A stretch of DNA of 64,000 nt from Candidatus Latescibacterota bacterium (GCA_965204375.1 OZ241986.1:4800001-4864000); one strand, 5' to 3'; positions 7,718 through 17,648 are shown, numbered from the stretch's first letter. The notes: generated by a model from the letters alone, not told the origin. Made by a program: numbers and translations.

Positions 7718-10588
7718 TCAATCACCCAGTACAAACCGCGCCTGCTTGCTCACACTGGGCGTATTCGGTTTGTTCAAATCCGTCACCACCACCTCAATCT
7801 CCAACTGCTCTTTGCTATTCTCGGGCACATCCAGCGCAATATAAAGCGGTTCCGATGTCGCAGTACCCGTATGCTCATAAGAAATCTGCACCCCATCTGC
7901 CTGCGGAGTCTGACTCAACAGCCGTCCCAATCCCCGAATCAGGCCCGTACCCTGTACTCCCTTAAGCCTGTACTCCACGCGATAGCGAGTCTGCCCAAAC
8001 GCATCCCGGCTCAAATTATAAACCTCGTAATAGAGATAAACCGGTTGCCCCTTCGCAAAAATTTTAGACGGCAAAGGCACCACCCGCAAATCCCCCTTTT
8101 GGAACTTCCCTGCCTGCTCGCCCACCTCGACAATCTGCCCCGCCAGTTCCAGGTCGCTCAGCGCCAGAGCCTCACCGCGGAAAGATTGAACTGTGACATA
8201 CGTCTTATGCGCCTGAATTTTTCGGCTTATGGGATCGCGCACCTGAGTAGCCAGGAAATACTGCCCAGGAGACAGTGCCGCACGCACCTGATCCACCATC
8301 AGCGTCCCCTTCCCCATCTGCCCACTTATCGCTTCAGCCACCCGCACGCTATCCCGAAAAACCGGCCTCAGCGAACGATCATAGACCACTACGTCTCGAT
8401 CCAGCATCAGATGTGAATCCCCTGACGGCGTCAAAGTAGCCATCGGCACCCCCATATACGCCTCCATAGCCGTCTCTCGCTCCGACGCGCGGAAATTTGC
8501 CGTGTACATATAAAGATCCAGAGGATCGCCCCCGTAATCGTGTACATAAATCGAAGGCGTATGGGACACAACCTGTGCCACAACCGTCTCGGGAGCCATC
8601 CGCGACCACAGCGCGTGATTGGGCGAATTGGGCGGAATAGGCGCGAAATCGAAAAATCCGCTGCCGGTCGGATCCAGAAATGTAATCTCGATCCCCCCGC
8701 CGATCTCGGCATAAATCCACGACTCCCACTTGTACCCCAGTTCAGACCCATCGAGCATCACACTGCGCCTGCGCGGTATCGGGAAAGTCGGCACACCCCG
8801 CAACTCAGATGTCTCAGACTCCACCCCAAAACCATAAGACGACCGCGACTGCCCGTGTATATGTTTGCTCGGCGACACTTCCTCCAGAGCATTTGCAGCC
8901 ATCATATTCAGGCGATTCTTCACCTTTGCAACTTTTTCATCCGTCTCAAACACCAGATAATCCGACCAACTCTGATGATCCGGATGCCCCAGCCGGATGT
9001 ACACATCGCCCCTTCGGTCCCATCCCCGACCATGCCACTCTTCCAGACCCTCGACAAAATTCGAACGCGCGAAATGCACCCGCCGATAATGCTCAACGCG
9101 GCGCTCGTTCACCTGTGTCGTCGGTGTGGGATCCTGCTCCAGCCAGAAAACTTCTCGAAGCTGTGTTAGCGACCGCCCAAAAGCACCCCGAATTTTCGAA
9201 AGCACCTCGGCAGGAGCCACCAGCGACAAATCCTGGTAATACTCCCGCTCTGTCGGATCCAAAAACTGAAAATAGCGCTCAAAAGCCGCCTGCGCCTGGG
9301 CAAAATCCCCCCGCTCAACATGCATCTCGGCCAAAAGCGGCAAATACTCTTTCGGCTTTGTCTGTGCCATCTCCTTCAACTCGTCCAGACTATAAGTTTT
9401 CTTCCCCGCGCTCTTCAGCCGCATCGCCACATACGCCAGACGCGCAGGCGTAATGGGATGCCCGGGATTTACCGCTATCTGCCGCGAATACGCTTTCATC
9501 GCCTTGTCGTAATAGTGCAGCGACTCGTAAAAAACGCCCAGCTTGAAATACGCGTCATAGTGATCGGGAAAAAGCTCCACCACATTGCCAAAATAGTGAT
9601 CCAGATCCACCCGATCCATACCCACCATCGCCAGATGGCACATCCCCAGATTGTAGTATGCCGCCGTATATGCTTTATCCATCGCGCAGGTCTCGCGGAA
9701 CAACCTCAGTGCCCGCGACTTCTGGCCCGGCATCTTCAACGCCGCCAGTGCCCGCCCATTGCGTGCCTCCACAAATTTCCTCTGCTTCTTTATCGCCTCT
9801 AAGAACAACGCCTCTGCTTCTTTTACCTCGTCCTGCTCCAGGCGAAGATAGCCCAGCGCGCACATCGCCACCACATCATTCGGGTGTAAAATCAGCATCC
9901 GATCGCAAATACGGGCAGCCTCCGCCACCAGTTTCTCATCCGGAGCCTGTGCCCGCGTGATATACTTATTCGGAATTAGCCCTCCCCGCTCAAAATACGC
10001 ATCTGATACCGTCACATAGCGGCGCCCAAAGTGGTAATCGTAATAATACTTCAGCACCAGCGGATTGCGCGCCTGCCAGAACCGCGCCAAAAACAGTCCC
10101 TTCGCCTTCCGATCCAGCGCCTTGTAAAAAGCCGCCGTATCCGCACTGGCCACCTCTCCCAAAATCAAACCCGCCACCTGATCTTCAAACGCGCCAAAAC
10201 TCGCCTGCAATTCCGCTCTGGCAACCTGTTGATCCGCCTCCTCTGTTTTATCCTCTCGCTCCAAAATTTTGATATGTACCCGCGCCACCCGAAGCTCACC
10301 CATCAAAGTCTTAATCACCACCTCTGTCTCAGACTCCGACACAAGCTCACCCTTCAACACCGTGCCATCTTCCAGCAATACCGTAACATTGCGCGAAGGC
10401 TGTTCTATCATTTTAATCAGCGACTTTTTTACCCGCAGTTCGCCCATTGATGTCTTGAGCACCACCTCTGTCTCAGACTCAGACACAATCTCGCCCTTCA
10501 ACACCGTGCCATCTTCCAGCAATACCGTTGCACCATAGGCAGATGCAACCGCCAAAAAGAGACAAAGTGCAATTAAAAAAGTCTTCAT
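7718..10588 (-). CDS. GWxTD domain-containing TPR protein, secreted
   Basis: Signal peptide MKTFLIALCLFLAVASAYG, TPRs, FW..QDPTPTTQVNE...EHYRRV.FAR..F...GWDRRGDVYIRLGHPD, C-terminal LSDL..A...YLYYEVYNL domain. Confidence 0.85.
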   Translation of the reverse strand: MKTFLIALCLFLAVASAYGATVLLEDGTVLKGEIVSESETEVVLKTSMGELRVKKSLIKMIEQPSRNVTVLLEDGTVLKGELVSESETEVVIKTLMGELRVARVHIKILEREDKTEEADQQVARAELQASFGAFEDQVAGLILGEVASADTAAFYKALDRKAKGLFLARFWQARNPLVLKYYYDYHFGRRYVTVSDAYFERGGLIPNKYITRAQAPDEKLVAEAARICDRMLILHPNDVVAMCALGYLRLEQDEVKEAEALFLEAIKKQRKFVEARNGRALAALKMPGQKSRALRLFRETCAMDKAYTAAYYNLGMCHLAMVGMDRVDLDHYFGNVVELFPDHYDAYFKLGVFYESLHYYDKAMKAYSRQIAVNPGHPITPARLAYVAMRLKSAGKKTYSLDELKEMAQTKPKEYLPLLAEMHVERGDFAQAQAAFERYFQFLDPTEREYYQDLSLVAPAEVLSKIRGAFGRSLTQLREVFWLEQDPTPTTQVNERRVEHYRRVHFARSNFVEGLEEWHGRGWDRRGDVYIRLGHPDHQSWSDYLVFETDEKVAKVKNRLNMMAANALEEVSPSKHIHGQSRSSYGFGVESETSELRGVPTFPIPRRRSVMLDGSELGYKWESWIYAEIGGGIEITFLDPTGSGFFDFAPIPPNSPNHALWSRMAPETVVAQVVSHTPSIYVHDYGGDPLDLYMYTANFRASERETAMEAYMGVPMATLTPSGDSHLMLDRDVVVYDRSLRPVFRDSVRVAEAISGQMGKGTLMVDQVRAALSPGQYFLATQVRDPISRKIQAHKTYVTVQSFRGEALALSDLELAGQIVEVGEQAGKFQKGDLRVVPLPSKIFAKGQPVYLYYEVYNLSRDAFGQTRYRVEYRLKGVQGTGLIRGLGRLLSQTPQADGVQISYEHTGTATSEPLYIALDVPENSKEQLEIEVVVTDLNKPNTPSVSKQARFVLGD
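10286..10528 (-). repeat. Intragenic duplication of 33-aa module (period 144 nt)
   Basis: TVLLEDGTVLKGE(I/L)VSESETEVV(L/I)KT(S/L)MGELRV twice, near-identical DNA. Confidence 0.9.
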
Positions 10589-10629
10589 ATTGGTACCTTT
10601 TTCCTGCGAATAACCCGGCAAAGGCAAAT

Positions 10630-10658
10630 ACAATACCCCTTCCCCGCATACCTGTCAA
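10630..10658 (-). promoter_or_regulatory. Sigma70-like promoter for GWxTD gene
   Basis: TTGACA-17 bp-TATTGT. Confidence 0.6.
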
Positions 10659-10664
10659 GCCATG

Positions 10665-10701
10665 AAAAAACGGCGGAAGGACATAGCGTCCCTCCGCCGT
10701 T
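10665..10701 (-). terminator. Intrinsic terminator ending TBDR operon 1
   Basis: AACGGCGGAGGGAC-loop-GTCCTTCCGCCGTT followed by T run on minus strand. Confidence 0.85.
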
Positions 10702-10733
10702 GTGATCGTGGGCGAACCACCCCGATCAACGAC

Positions 10734-11852
10734 TTAGAAGGTAACAGCAGCGCTGAGAATATGCACCGAAGAGAAGAAAGCACTATCAAACTGCTTGAAT
10801 GCATAATCCACCTTCACGCCCTGACCACCTTCGGTCTTAAACTGCAACCCACCACCTGCAGAGATACCCTCTGTATCGTGGTTGGTCTTATACCCACCTC
10901 GCAGCGTAAAGCCGATTGAGGACCCTGCTGCGCGATACGTATATTCGGCGCCGATGTGAATGCGCTCATCAAAATCGATGGGATTGTTCACATCCAAAGC
11001 CAGATCCAGATGGTGTGGCACAGGCGTATTGCCCATCATCGAAATCACATCGATGAGCAAGCCCAGGCGGATATTCCTCGGCAGTTCAAACTGCTCCCGC
11101 TGATAAACCACCTCTGTGCTAAAATTCTGCACACTCATCGCCATCACCGTATTCCGGAACCCCGTATTGAAATACGTGCCCAGGTCAAAGGCAAAGGCAT
11201 TCTTGGAATTATCCACCGTCTGCCTGCTACTACCCAAAAAGATATTGCCAGTACCCAGGTCCTGATGGGCCATCCTGAGGGTTGCTCCTGCGGAAAAACG
11301 GTCGGTAATTTTAAGACCGTAAGCCGCAGAAATGGCATAATTGCTGGTGGTAATCTCGCCCTCGTCTTTGAATCCGGCGCCAGCGGGATTTGGATCAATG
11401 GATGTAGCGTTGACAGTACCCGCATCGAAAGTCACAATCGAAAGGCCGAACGTCCCTCTGCCCGGCACATTCACTGCAACGCCCGCGACCATACTCTTGG
11501 TATCGACGAGCCAATCTACATAAGTGACATGTGCTTCCCGGCCTTCCATAAAAGCCAGCGCACCCGGATTGAAAAGAATCGCCGAACCACTCCCGATCAA
11601 TCCCACCCCGGCACCACCGAGAGCGGCGGTGCGCGCATCGGTGGGAATAGATAGGAAAGCAAAACCAGCCTGCCCGGTCTTGATAAACGTCGGCGAGGCT
11701 TCTTCAAAGCCCGGAACAACGGGATCCAGTTCTCGAACGCGACCGTCAAAGTTATCGGTCACGCCGGTCGCAACACTCCCCTGGGCAAACACATCGCTCG
11801 GCATCAGCCCCGCGCACACAAGCGCTATTAGAATATATTTTTTCACGATCAT
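10734..11852 (-). CDS. PorV/PorQ-like (UPF0164) outer-membrane beta-barrel
   Basis: Signal peptide; FLSIPTDARTAALGGA, ILFNPGAL, DYAF, terminal F; start may be GTG 11846. Confidence 0.82.
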   Translation of the reverse strand: MIVKKYILIALVCAGLMPSDVFAQGSVATGVTDNFDGRVRELDPVVPGFEEASPTFIKTGQAGFAFLSIPTDARTAALGGAGVGLIGSGSAILFNPGALAFMEGREAHVTYVDWLVDTKSMVAGVAVNVPGRGTFGLSIVTFDAGTVNATSIDPNPAGAGFKDEGEITTSNYAISAAYGLKITDRFSAGATLRMAHQDLGTGNIFLGSSRQTVDNSKNAFAFDLGTYFNTGFRNTVMAMSVQNFSTEVVYQREQFELPRNIRLGLLIDVISMMGNTPVPHHLDLALDVNNPIDFDERIHIGAEYTYRAAGSSIGFTLRGGYKTNHDTEGISAGGGLQFKTEGGQGVKVDYAFKQFDSAFFSSVHILSAAVTF

Positions 11853-11861
11853 CCTCCTTGT

Positions 11862-14018
11862 TTAGCGAACCACAATGAATTTCTCGATATGAGTGCCCGG
11901 AACCTGGGGATCCCTGCTCTCAATATGTGCGAAGTAGATACCCGACACCAGGAACTGGTTGTTGTCGTTGATCATCAAATCCCACGACAGGTCGCCAGAA
12001 CCCGCGGTGTGCTCAAACTCCTGAATCAGATCGCCGGTTATCGAGAAAATACGGATGATCGCGCTTGCAGGCAGATTTACGAATAGTAGTTTGTTAGACT
12101 GACCCGTAAAATTGAATCCACCTTGCTCTAAATCGCCGCCCTGAATCTGGAATGGATTTGGCACAATCCGCACACTCGTAATATCTCGTCCGGGCGCGCG
12201 GAAAGGACTTACGCCATCCCCCAGGGTGCGGGTGGCAAAAAAGCTGCTCTCCAGACCATTGGCATCAACGGCTGTAACCGCGTAATAATACCGCGTACCG
12301 CGAATCACAGTATCGTCATTGTAGGATGTACCATTGACCGTGAAAACATCCCGCAGACCGGGTGGTTTTGTCTGAAAACCCGCCATGCGATAAACCCGGT
12401 ATGAAGCCGCACCGGGAACAGCAGCCCAGGAAAGTTCGTTTTGATCCGGACCAGATGTTATTTCTACCCGTGAGGGCCAATCTGGCGTGGGTGGCAAAAC
12501 GGGCTGCAAACCAACCACCGAGTTTACCTCGCGGTTGTTCCACGCCTTGTGCGCCACAGCTACCGCCGCCTTCAGGGAATCCAGGCCGCTGTTGAGAAAA
12601 GCTTCTTTCTGGTCAAAAGAAATAGAACCTTCCGACCACTTTCTGCCCATCTCTTTATTCGCGGCAATGGATGGACCCGTAACAATCCAGGCCGACACAA
12701 TGTGAATGCTCTCACCGGGATTCAGTTCGGGCCAGGGACCAAATGTCACCATCCATTCCCAGTACCCTTGCTGAGACTCCACGGATGTCGCCACATCTCT
12801 AATGCGCTCGGCCCGCGCGGTATTCGACAGCGTGTAAAAGTCGTGTACAGCCCCCATATCCGCACTATCTGTGGTAATCCAACTGGCGTCTGGCACCCAG
12901 CGGGCAACGCGCGGCTGCCGCATCTCGGGGTCAGGCTCATTCATGCTGTCCAGCCAGTTGTCGGAAAGCGTATTGGGATCGCTCACCGGCGTCTTATCCA
13001 CGTGCAAGAACAACCGACCTTTGTATTCGGGCTCGAGAAATTCACCCGCATCGACCAGTGCCTCGCGGATCTCGTCCAACTTCGGAACGCCAGCCGCAGG
13101 TGCCGGTTCGCCGCGATCATCGCCATCGGGCCGGGTACCTGTGCGGTCTGAAGCATTGCCATCGTAGGAATACATCAGCTTGAGTTCGTCATCCCAGTTG
13201 TTCACCTCGTCGAGAATCCCGTGCTCGATTCCCGCGTCAAACGGACGCGAATCATTCCCAAAAGTCGGCGTAATGTGAGAACCACCAGAGGGACCGCGAT
13301 TGGCAGCCTGCATAAACCAGTGGAAACCGAGATGGAAATTCTGCAGCACCGGATTCTTGTCGCGGGTTTCCGGACTCAAGTCTGTGCCGCGCTCACCGGT
13401 TCGCACATCGGGCACGCGGGGATTTTCGGGATACGTAAAGGTCTCAATCTGAAAAATAATATCCTGGGCTTCGGTATTCGCCCATCGCCACGTCTGGGTC
13501 CTCTGGTGGATACCGCCAGTATGGACGCGCTGACCTTCGTGATACACGTCTGAACCCAGCCCGGGAATCACGCCTTCAAAAGCGTCGGCAGGTAACCCAT
13601 CAAAGCGGGTATCAAAAACCGTCCATGCCTCTCGCTTGATTTCTGAGCCATCCTGAATCAGCAGGGGTGGCGCAATGCGAAACGCCTTGGGAGATCCTTT
13701 GCCCACCGCATTGAAGAAAGAACTCGAAATATCGGCAAGGTCATCCGTACCGTCGTTGACGTACTTGGGAATGGTGGTATTGGCGAGTTCTGGAAAATGC
13801 GCGGAGTAACTGGGCATATTGAAATTATCCATAATAATCGCCGACCTTAGCCCCCAGTTTCGAGCCACAAGGTAGTTGATATCCGGATTGGTGCGCCCCT
13901 CGTTCAGGCCGCCGGGCCAGTGCGTGCCCCAGTTCCGTCCTGGATTTTGTGCAAAGGCACTTCCCGAAGAGACCAGCAATCCCAGAACTATCAGAAGGGG
14001 TACATATCGTCTCATCAT
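11862..14018 (-). CDS. Secreted protein with FN3 domain and T9SS type A CTD-like C-terminus
   Basis: Signal peptide; LSWAAVPGAASYRVYR...YYYAVTAVD; VPNPF...IRIFSITGDLI...SGIYF...KFIVVR. Confidence 0.8.
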   Translation of the reverse strand: MMRRYVPLLIVLGLLVSSGSAFAQNPGRNWGTHWPGGLNEGRTNPDINYLVARNWGLRSAIIMDNFNMPSYSAHFPELANTTIPKYVNDGTDDLADISSSFFNAVGKGSPKAFRIAPPLLIQDGSEIKREAWTVFDTRFDGLPADAFEGVIPGLGSDVYHEGQRVHTGGIHQRTQTWRWANTEAQDIIFQIETFTYPENPRVPDVRTGERGTDLSPETRDKNPVLQNFHLGFHWFMQAANRGPSGGSHITPTFGNDSRPFDAGIEHGILDEVNNWDDELKLMYSYDGNASDRTGTRPDGDDRGEPAPAAGVPKLDEIREALVDAGEFLEPEYKGRLFLHVDKTPVSDPNTLSDNWLDSMNEPDPEMRQPRVARWVPDASWITTDSADMGAVHDFYTLSNTARAERIRDVATSVESQQGYWEWMVTFGPWPELNPGESIHIVSAWIVTGPSIAANKEMGRKWSEGSISFDQKEAFLNSGLDSLKAAVAVAHKAWNNREVNSVVGLQPVLPPTPDWPSRVEITSGPDQNELSWAAVPGAASYRVYRMAGFQTKPPGLRDVFTVNGTSYNDDTVIRGTRYYYAVTAVDANGLESSFFATRTLGDGVSPFRAPGRDITSVRIVPNPFQIQGGDLEQGGFNFTGQSNKLLFVNLPASAIIRIFSITGDLIQEFEHTAGSGDLSWDLMINDNNQFLVSGIYFAHIESRDPQVPGTHIEKFIVVR

Positions 14019-14051
14019 AACAGATTATCTCCTGAAAAAAACAGATTGCAA

Positions 14052-14093
14052 ACCTCCCGGTTCCTCTCTCATGCGAAAGGAACCGGAAGAGGT
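14052..14093 (-). terminator. Intercistronic stem-loop after TBDR1
   Basis: ACCTCCCGGTTCCT ... AGGAACCGGAAGAGGT inverted repeat; weak U tail. Confidence 0.55.
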
Positions 14094-14106
14094 ATTCATC
14101 TCAAAA

Positions 14107-17100
14107 TTAGAAAGACCAGCGCACGCCGAGATGGATATCTCGCGGATTGACATAGAACAAGTACGACCGCTGCGACATCACACTTGGATCCAGCTCTGTG
14201 CCCGGCTTATCGCCTTCTTGCAAGTTTCCGCTCGCATCCACAGTCCAGCCCAATGCTTCCATATACCTCTTAAAGTTATTACCCGAACTGGTACCGAGAT
14301 GGGACCGCGTATCCCATATCCGGGACGTAGAAGTCGTGGTAACATTCTTGAAGTTGAGCGGATTGCGAATCTCCAGATAAACCGTTGGCGCCATCTTCAC
14401 GTCAAACATCTTGGCAAACCGCAGATCCAGAAGTCTGGTTGACTGCCACTGTGCGTTATCCACAGAGCGCAGTGCCACGTCGTTGGATGGGTTGTAGTTA
14501 AACCACGAACCTGCCTGATGGCGGTAATAAAGGTTGGCTTCCCAGCCCCCCTTCAACATGCGCTGCTCGCCTCCGTAATCCAGCGGCGTGCGGAAATTCA
14601 AGCCAAACTTCAAAATCGGCCGCGCCTTAAAGCGCGGATTCGCACCAGCGGGACTGCTCTCGATCAAGCGGTAGGACGCTGTCGATACGGTCTGCGCGTC
14701 GTATATGCGCTCCCAGCGCACGATGCGCTTGCGCTCGGCGCGGAACTCGTAGGACAAAAAGCCCGTCACAAATTGCCCGCGTGCCTTGCGCACAGACAAC
14801 TCGAACCCGCGAATATCCTTCACATTCCCATTCATGTGGAACCGCGTGCTGCGACGCGTGGTATTCTGGACATACACCCTTCCTCGTTCCGTGTCTTTCT
14901 CGATGTCTTTGAAGAACACCGTGCCATTGAACAGATACTGATTGGCAAAATTCCGCTCGTAACCCAGTTCATAAGCTATTGTCACGGGCATGTCCAGCCA
15001 CGGATTGCCAAACTGCTCCAACGGCTCGCCCAGACCGCTCTGCGTCTGATACAAATCCACAGATGTCGGGATCTGTGCAAAGTGACCGTAGTTGAAGAAC
15101 AACTTGCTCTCCGCCGTAATCGGATGCGATATACCTACCCGAGGACTCAGCTTCCACTTTGTGGGCGGGCGTATAGCCTCTGCCTTGGAATACAGCAACA
15201 CGGCATTGGAACCCATCCACTCGGCGTGTACCTCATTGGGAATATCGAAGTACTTATCTGGCCGGTGGAAGTCCAGGCGCAGACCCGCATTTACCACAAT
15301 CTGGCGATACTCCATGCGATCCTGCAAGAACACGCCGCCATAAAGCGGGGTGCGGACCCAGTAATTGTGGAAGTCAGCCGTATCCGTTACTTCCATATTG
15401 GCGGGATCGTCGAGATTGCCCGGACGGAAATTGACGTCTTCCAGGGTCGGATCCTGTACTGAAGAGGCAAAACCGCGGATCTCGCGCAGGAAGAAGTGAT
15501 GCACCTGCACACCGGCTTTGATCTGGTGATTCGGCGTTACTTGAGACGTAATATCAAACGTGTAATCGTCTTCCCAGGTATAAGACCAGTCGCCCGAACG
15601 CGCCGGGTTGCCGTCGCCACCGCGCATGCGGTAAGCACCCAGAAGGTCGAAGGTTCCAGGCTTATACGTAAAGCCCTTGGGACCTTCGTCCAGGATCACG
15701 GCACCCGCGGCCTGAGCCGCCTGATAGCTGCTCGCGGTGACTTCCTCAACGCGGCCATCCGGGTACACTGCTGCGGCAGGCTCACCGCGCTTCTGCAGGG
15801 GTTGCCAAGAAGCCTCAAAGTCGGCTTTACCCACGCGCACCGACAGGTTGTAGAACGTCCTGGGAGACAGCGTGTGTGTCCACGTCAAAGTGCCATACCG
15901 ACGGTCAATGGTTTCGATATTGCTGCCCGAACCCATCGCAAAAATATTCCGCGTACGCAAATTGCTCACTTCAAAAGCAGGCGTGCGGGCAAATGTGCCC
16001 AAAAAGTTTCCGTACTTCGCACCCTGAGACCAGCCCTTCAGGAAGCCCAAAGATAGCTTGGTCGTCGCTGTGGGCGTGAAGATCGCCTTGGCCTGCCAGG
16101 TATCGTCGCGATAATTGGGAACGGCCATCGTCCACGTATAAGCCGATTTTTCCCGGCGCGTGGAAAGCAAGAACGACACCTTGTCTTGCACGAGCGGCCC
16201 ACCAACGGTCACATCGTAGGTATAATCCGCATCGCGGTCTGTGGCGTCGAAGTTCTGCTGATACGGATAGTCTTCATCCTGTGCAAAAGGACCTATGCCG
16301 CTGGCTTCGGTCGCGATTCCGCCGACCTTCCGGTGCTGGAAATCCCAGATACCCTTGGCCTGCTGAGGCGTCGAAATCACGTCTTCGAAGGGACCGGCTT
16401 TCCATTCGCCAGCAGGTCCACCCTTATCCTGGAATATATTATTCCAGCCAGCGAAATCCGGATTGCCGTCGCCATCTCTATCGGCAGTCGGCGACATGCT
16501 CTGGAACCGCCCCACATCCCACCAGTTATCGGTGCTGTACATCGTGGGACCAAAATACTTATTCGCTGCGGGACTCCACCGCAGGTCGCCAGCCGTGGTC
16601 CAGGCGCGAGGCTCGCGGTTGACCACGTTGATCACACCGCTGCGCACATCGCCGTACTCGGCATTGAACCCGCCCTTCAGAATTTGAACCTCCTGAAGTG
16701 CTGTCTTGGAAAAGGACGAATATGGACGGTTGTCCCGGCTGTCTTTCATGCTCACGCCGTCAACCATATAAACGATCTCGGTCTCGTTGCCACCGCGGAT
16801 ATTCAAACCCCAGCTATCCGTATCCACACCCACCTGCGTGGCAAACGCATCGCGCAACCGGGGTCCCACTGGCGGGGACTCGATCTCTTTGGCAGACATA
16901 ATCACCTGCGTATAAGACACGTCCATCTCAACCGGTGGACGCTCTGCTGTCACCGTGATCTCTGCCAACTCTGCCGTTGTCTCGCCAAGCGAGAAGTTCA
17001 ACGGCGTGGTGCGGTCAATCGAAACCGCCACATCGCGCTGCGTCACGGCGCGATAACCCACCAGCGATGCCGTGACCTCATACACGCCCGGGTTGACGCG

Positions 17101-17313
17101 AATGATAAAGTATTCACCATTGACATCTGCTGTGGCACCCATTCTTGTGCCTACAATCACCACGTTGGCACCCGGCAGAGGTTCGCCGGTACCGGAATCG
17201 GTAATGCGACCCGAAATTTTACCCGTGGTGGTCTGCGCGTCGGCCTGATACGTCAGCCCAAACCCCAGCGCAATGGCAAGCAAGGCTATAAACCCAGCTC
17301 TTAAACGATACAT
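14107..17313 (-). CDS. TonB-dependent receptor with N-terminal carboxypeptidase-regulatory-like domain (TBDR1)
   Basis: TTGKISGRITD..TGEPLPGANV, plug NIRGG...VDG...GGFNAEYG...SGVINVV, SPRVGISHP, C-terminal PR...GVRWSF. Confidence 0.93.
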   Translation of the reverse strand: MYRLRAGFIALLAIALGFGLTYQADAQTTTGKISGRITDSGTGEPLPGANVVIVGTRMGATADVNGEYFIIRVNPGVYEVTASLVGYRAVTQRDVAVSIDRTTPLNFSLGETTAELAEITVTAERPPVEMDVSYTQVIMSAKEIESPPVGPRLRDAFATQVGVDTDSWGLNIRGGNETEIVYMVDGVSMKDSRDNRPYSSFSKTALQEVQILKGGFNAEYGDVRSGVINVVNREPRAWTTAGDLRWSPAANKYFGPTMYSTDNWWDVGRFQSMSPTADRDGDGNPDFAGWNNIFQDKGGPAGEWKAGPFEDVISTPQQAKGIWDFQHRKVGGIATEASGIGPFAQDEDYPYQQNFDATDRDADYTYDVTVGGPLVQDKVSFLLSTRREKSAYTWTMAVPNYRDDTWQAKAIFTPTATTKLSLGFLKGWSQGAKYGNFLGTFARTPAFEVSNLRTRNIFAMGSGSNIETIDRRYGTLTWTHTLSPRTFYNLSVRVGKADFEASWQPLQKRGEPAAAVYPDGRVEEVTASSYQAAQAAGAVILDEGPKGFTYKPGTFDLLGAYRMRGGDGNPARSGDWSYTWEDDYTFDITSQVTPNHQIKAGVQVHHFFLREIRGFASSVQDPTLEDVNFRPGNLDDPANMEVTDTADFHNYWVRTPLYGGVFLQDRMEYRQIVVNAGLRLDFHRPDKYFDIPNEVHAEWMGSNAVLLYSKAEAIRPPTKWKLSPRVGISHPITAESKLFFNYGHFAQIPTSVDLYQTQSGLGEPLEQFGNPWLDMPVTIAYELGYERNFANQYLFNGTVFFKDIEKDTERGRVYVQNTTRRSTRFHMNGNVKDIRGFELSVRKARGQFVTGFLSYEFRAERKRIVRWERIYDAQTVSTASYRLIESSPAGANPRFKARPILKFGLNFRTPLDYGGEQRMLKGGWEANLYYRHQAGSWFNYNPSNDVALRSVDNAQWQSTRLLDLRFAKMFDVKMAPTVYLEIRNPLNFKNVTTTSTSRIWDTRSHLGTSSGNNFKRYMEALGWTVDASGNLQEGDKPGTELDPSVMSQRSYLFYVNPRDIHLGVRWSF

Positions 17314-17518
17314 AAACTCCTCCTTTGGTTTCTTCCCCCGGCTTTGGGAAAGATAAGGGAAAAGCCACCCTGGCTCATCCCGTGAAACGTCTCCTACAAC
17401 GGAGAAAACTACCCACTACAACAAAATGCTATCGATAAGCCCTTAAATCACCTCCTTAACAATCCCCTCCCTGTAAGTTTTAAAGCGGGCTTGAATGCCC
17501 CACCCCCTTTCGGTCTAT

Positions 17519-17584
17519 GATATTGGTTCTCACTATAAACGATATTGGTTCTCACTATAAACGATATTGGTTCTCACTATAAAC
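17519..17584. repeat. Three exact tandem copies of a 22-bp unit
   Basis: GATATTGGTTCTCACTATAAAC x3 with no spacers. Confidence 0.97.
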
Positions 17585-17619
17585 GTCTAACATAATTTCC
17601 GATAAATCCACAAGTGTCC

Positions 17620-17648
17620 AATTTAATATGCACCTCAAAACCTGTCAA
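17620..17648 (-). promoter_or_regulatory. Sigma70-like promoter for TBDR operon 1
   Basis: TTGACA-17 bp-TAAATT. Confidence 0.6.

Noticed and set aside
16186-17304. 372-aa plus-strand ORF and similar long antisense ORFs (e.g. 14518-15462, 61913-62722)
   Set aside because: Shadow frames of well-supported opposite-strand genes; no recognisable motifs
17519-17584. CRISPR array
   Set aside because: Repeats are contiguous with no spacers and no cas genes
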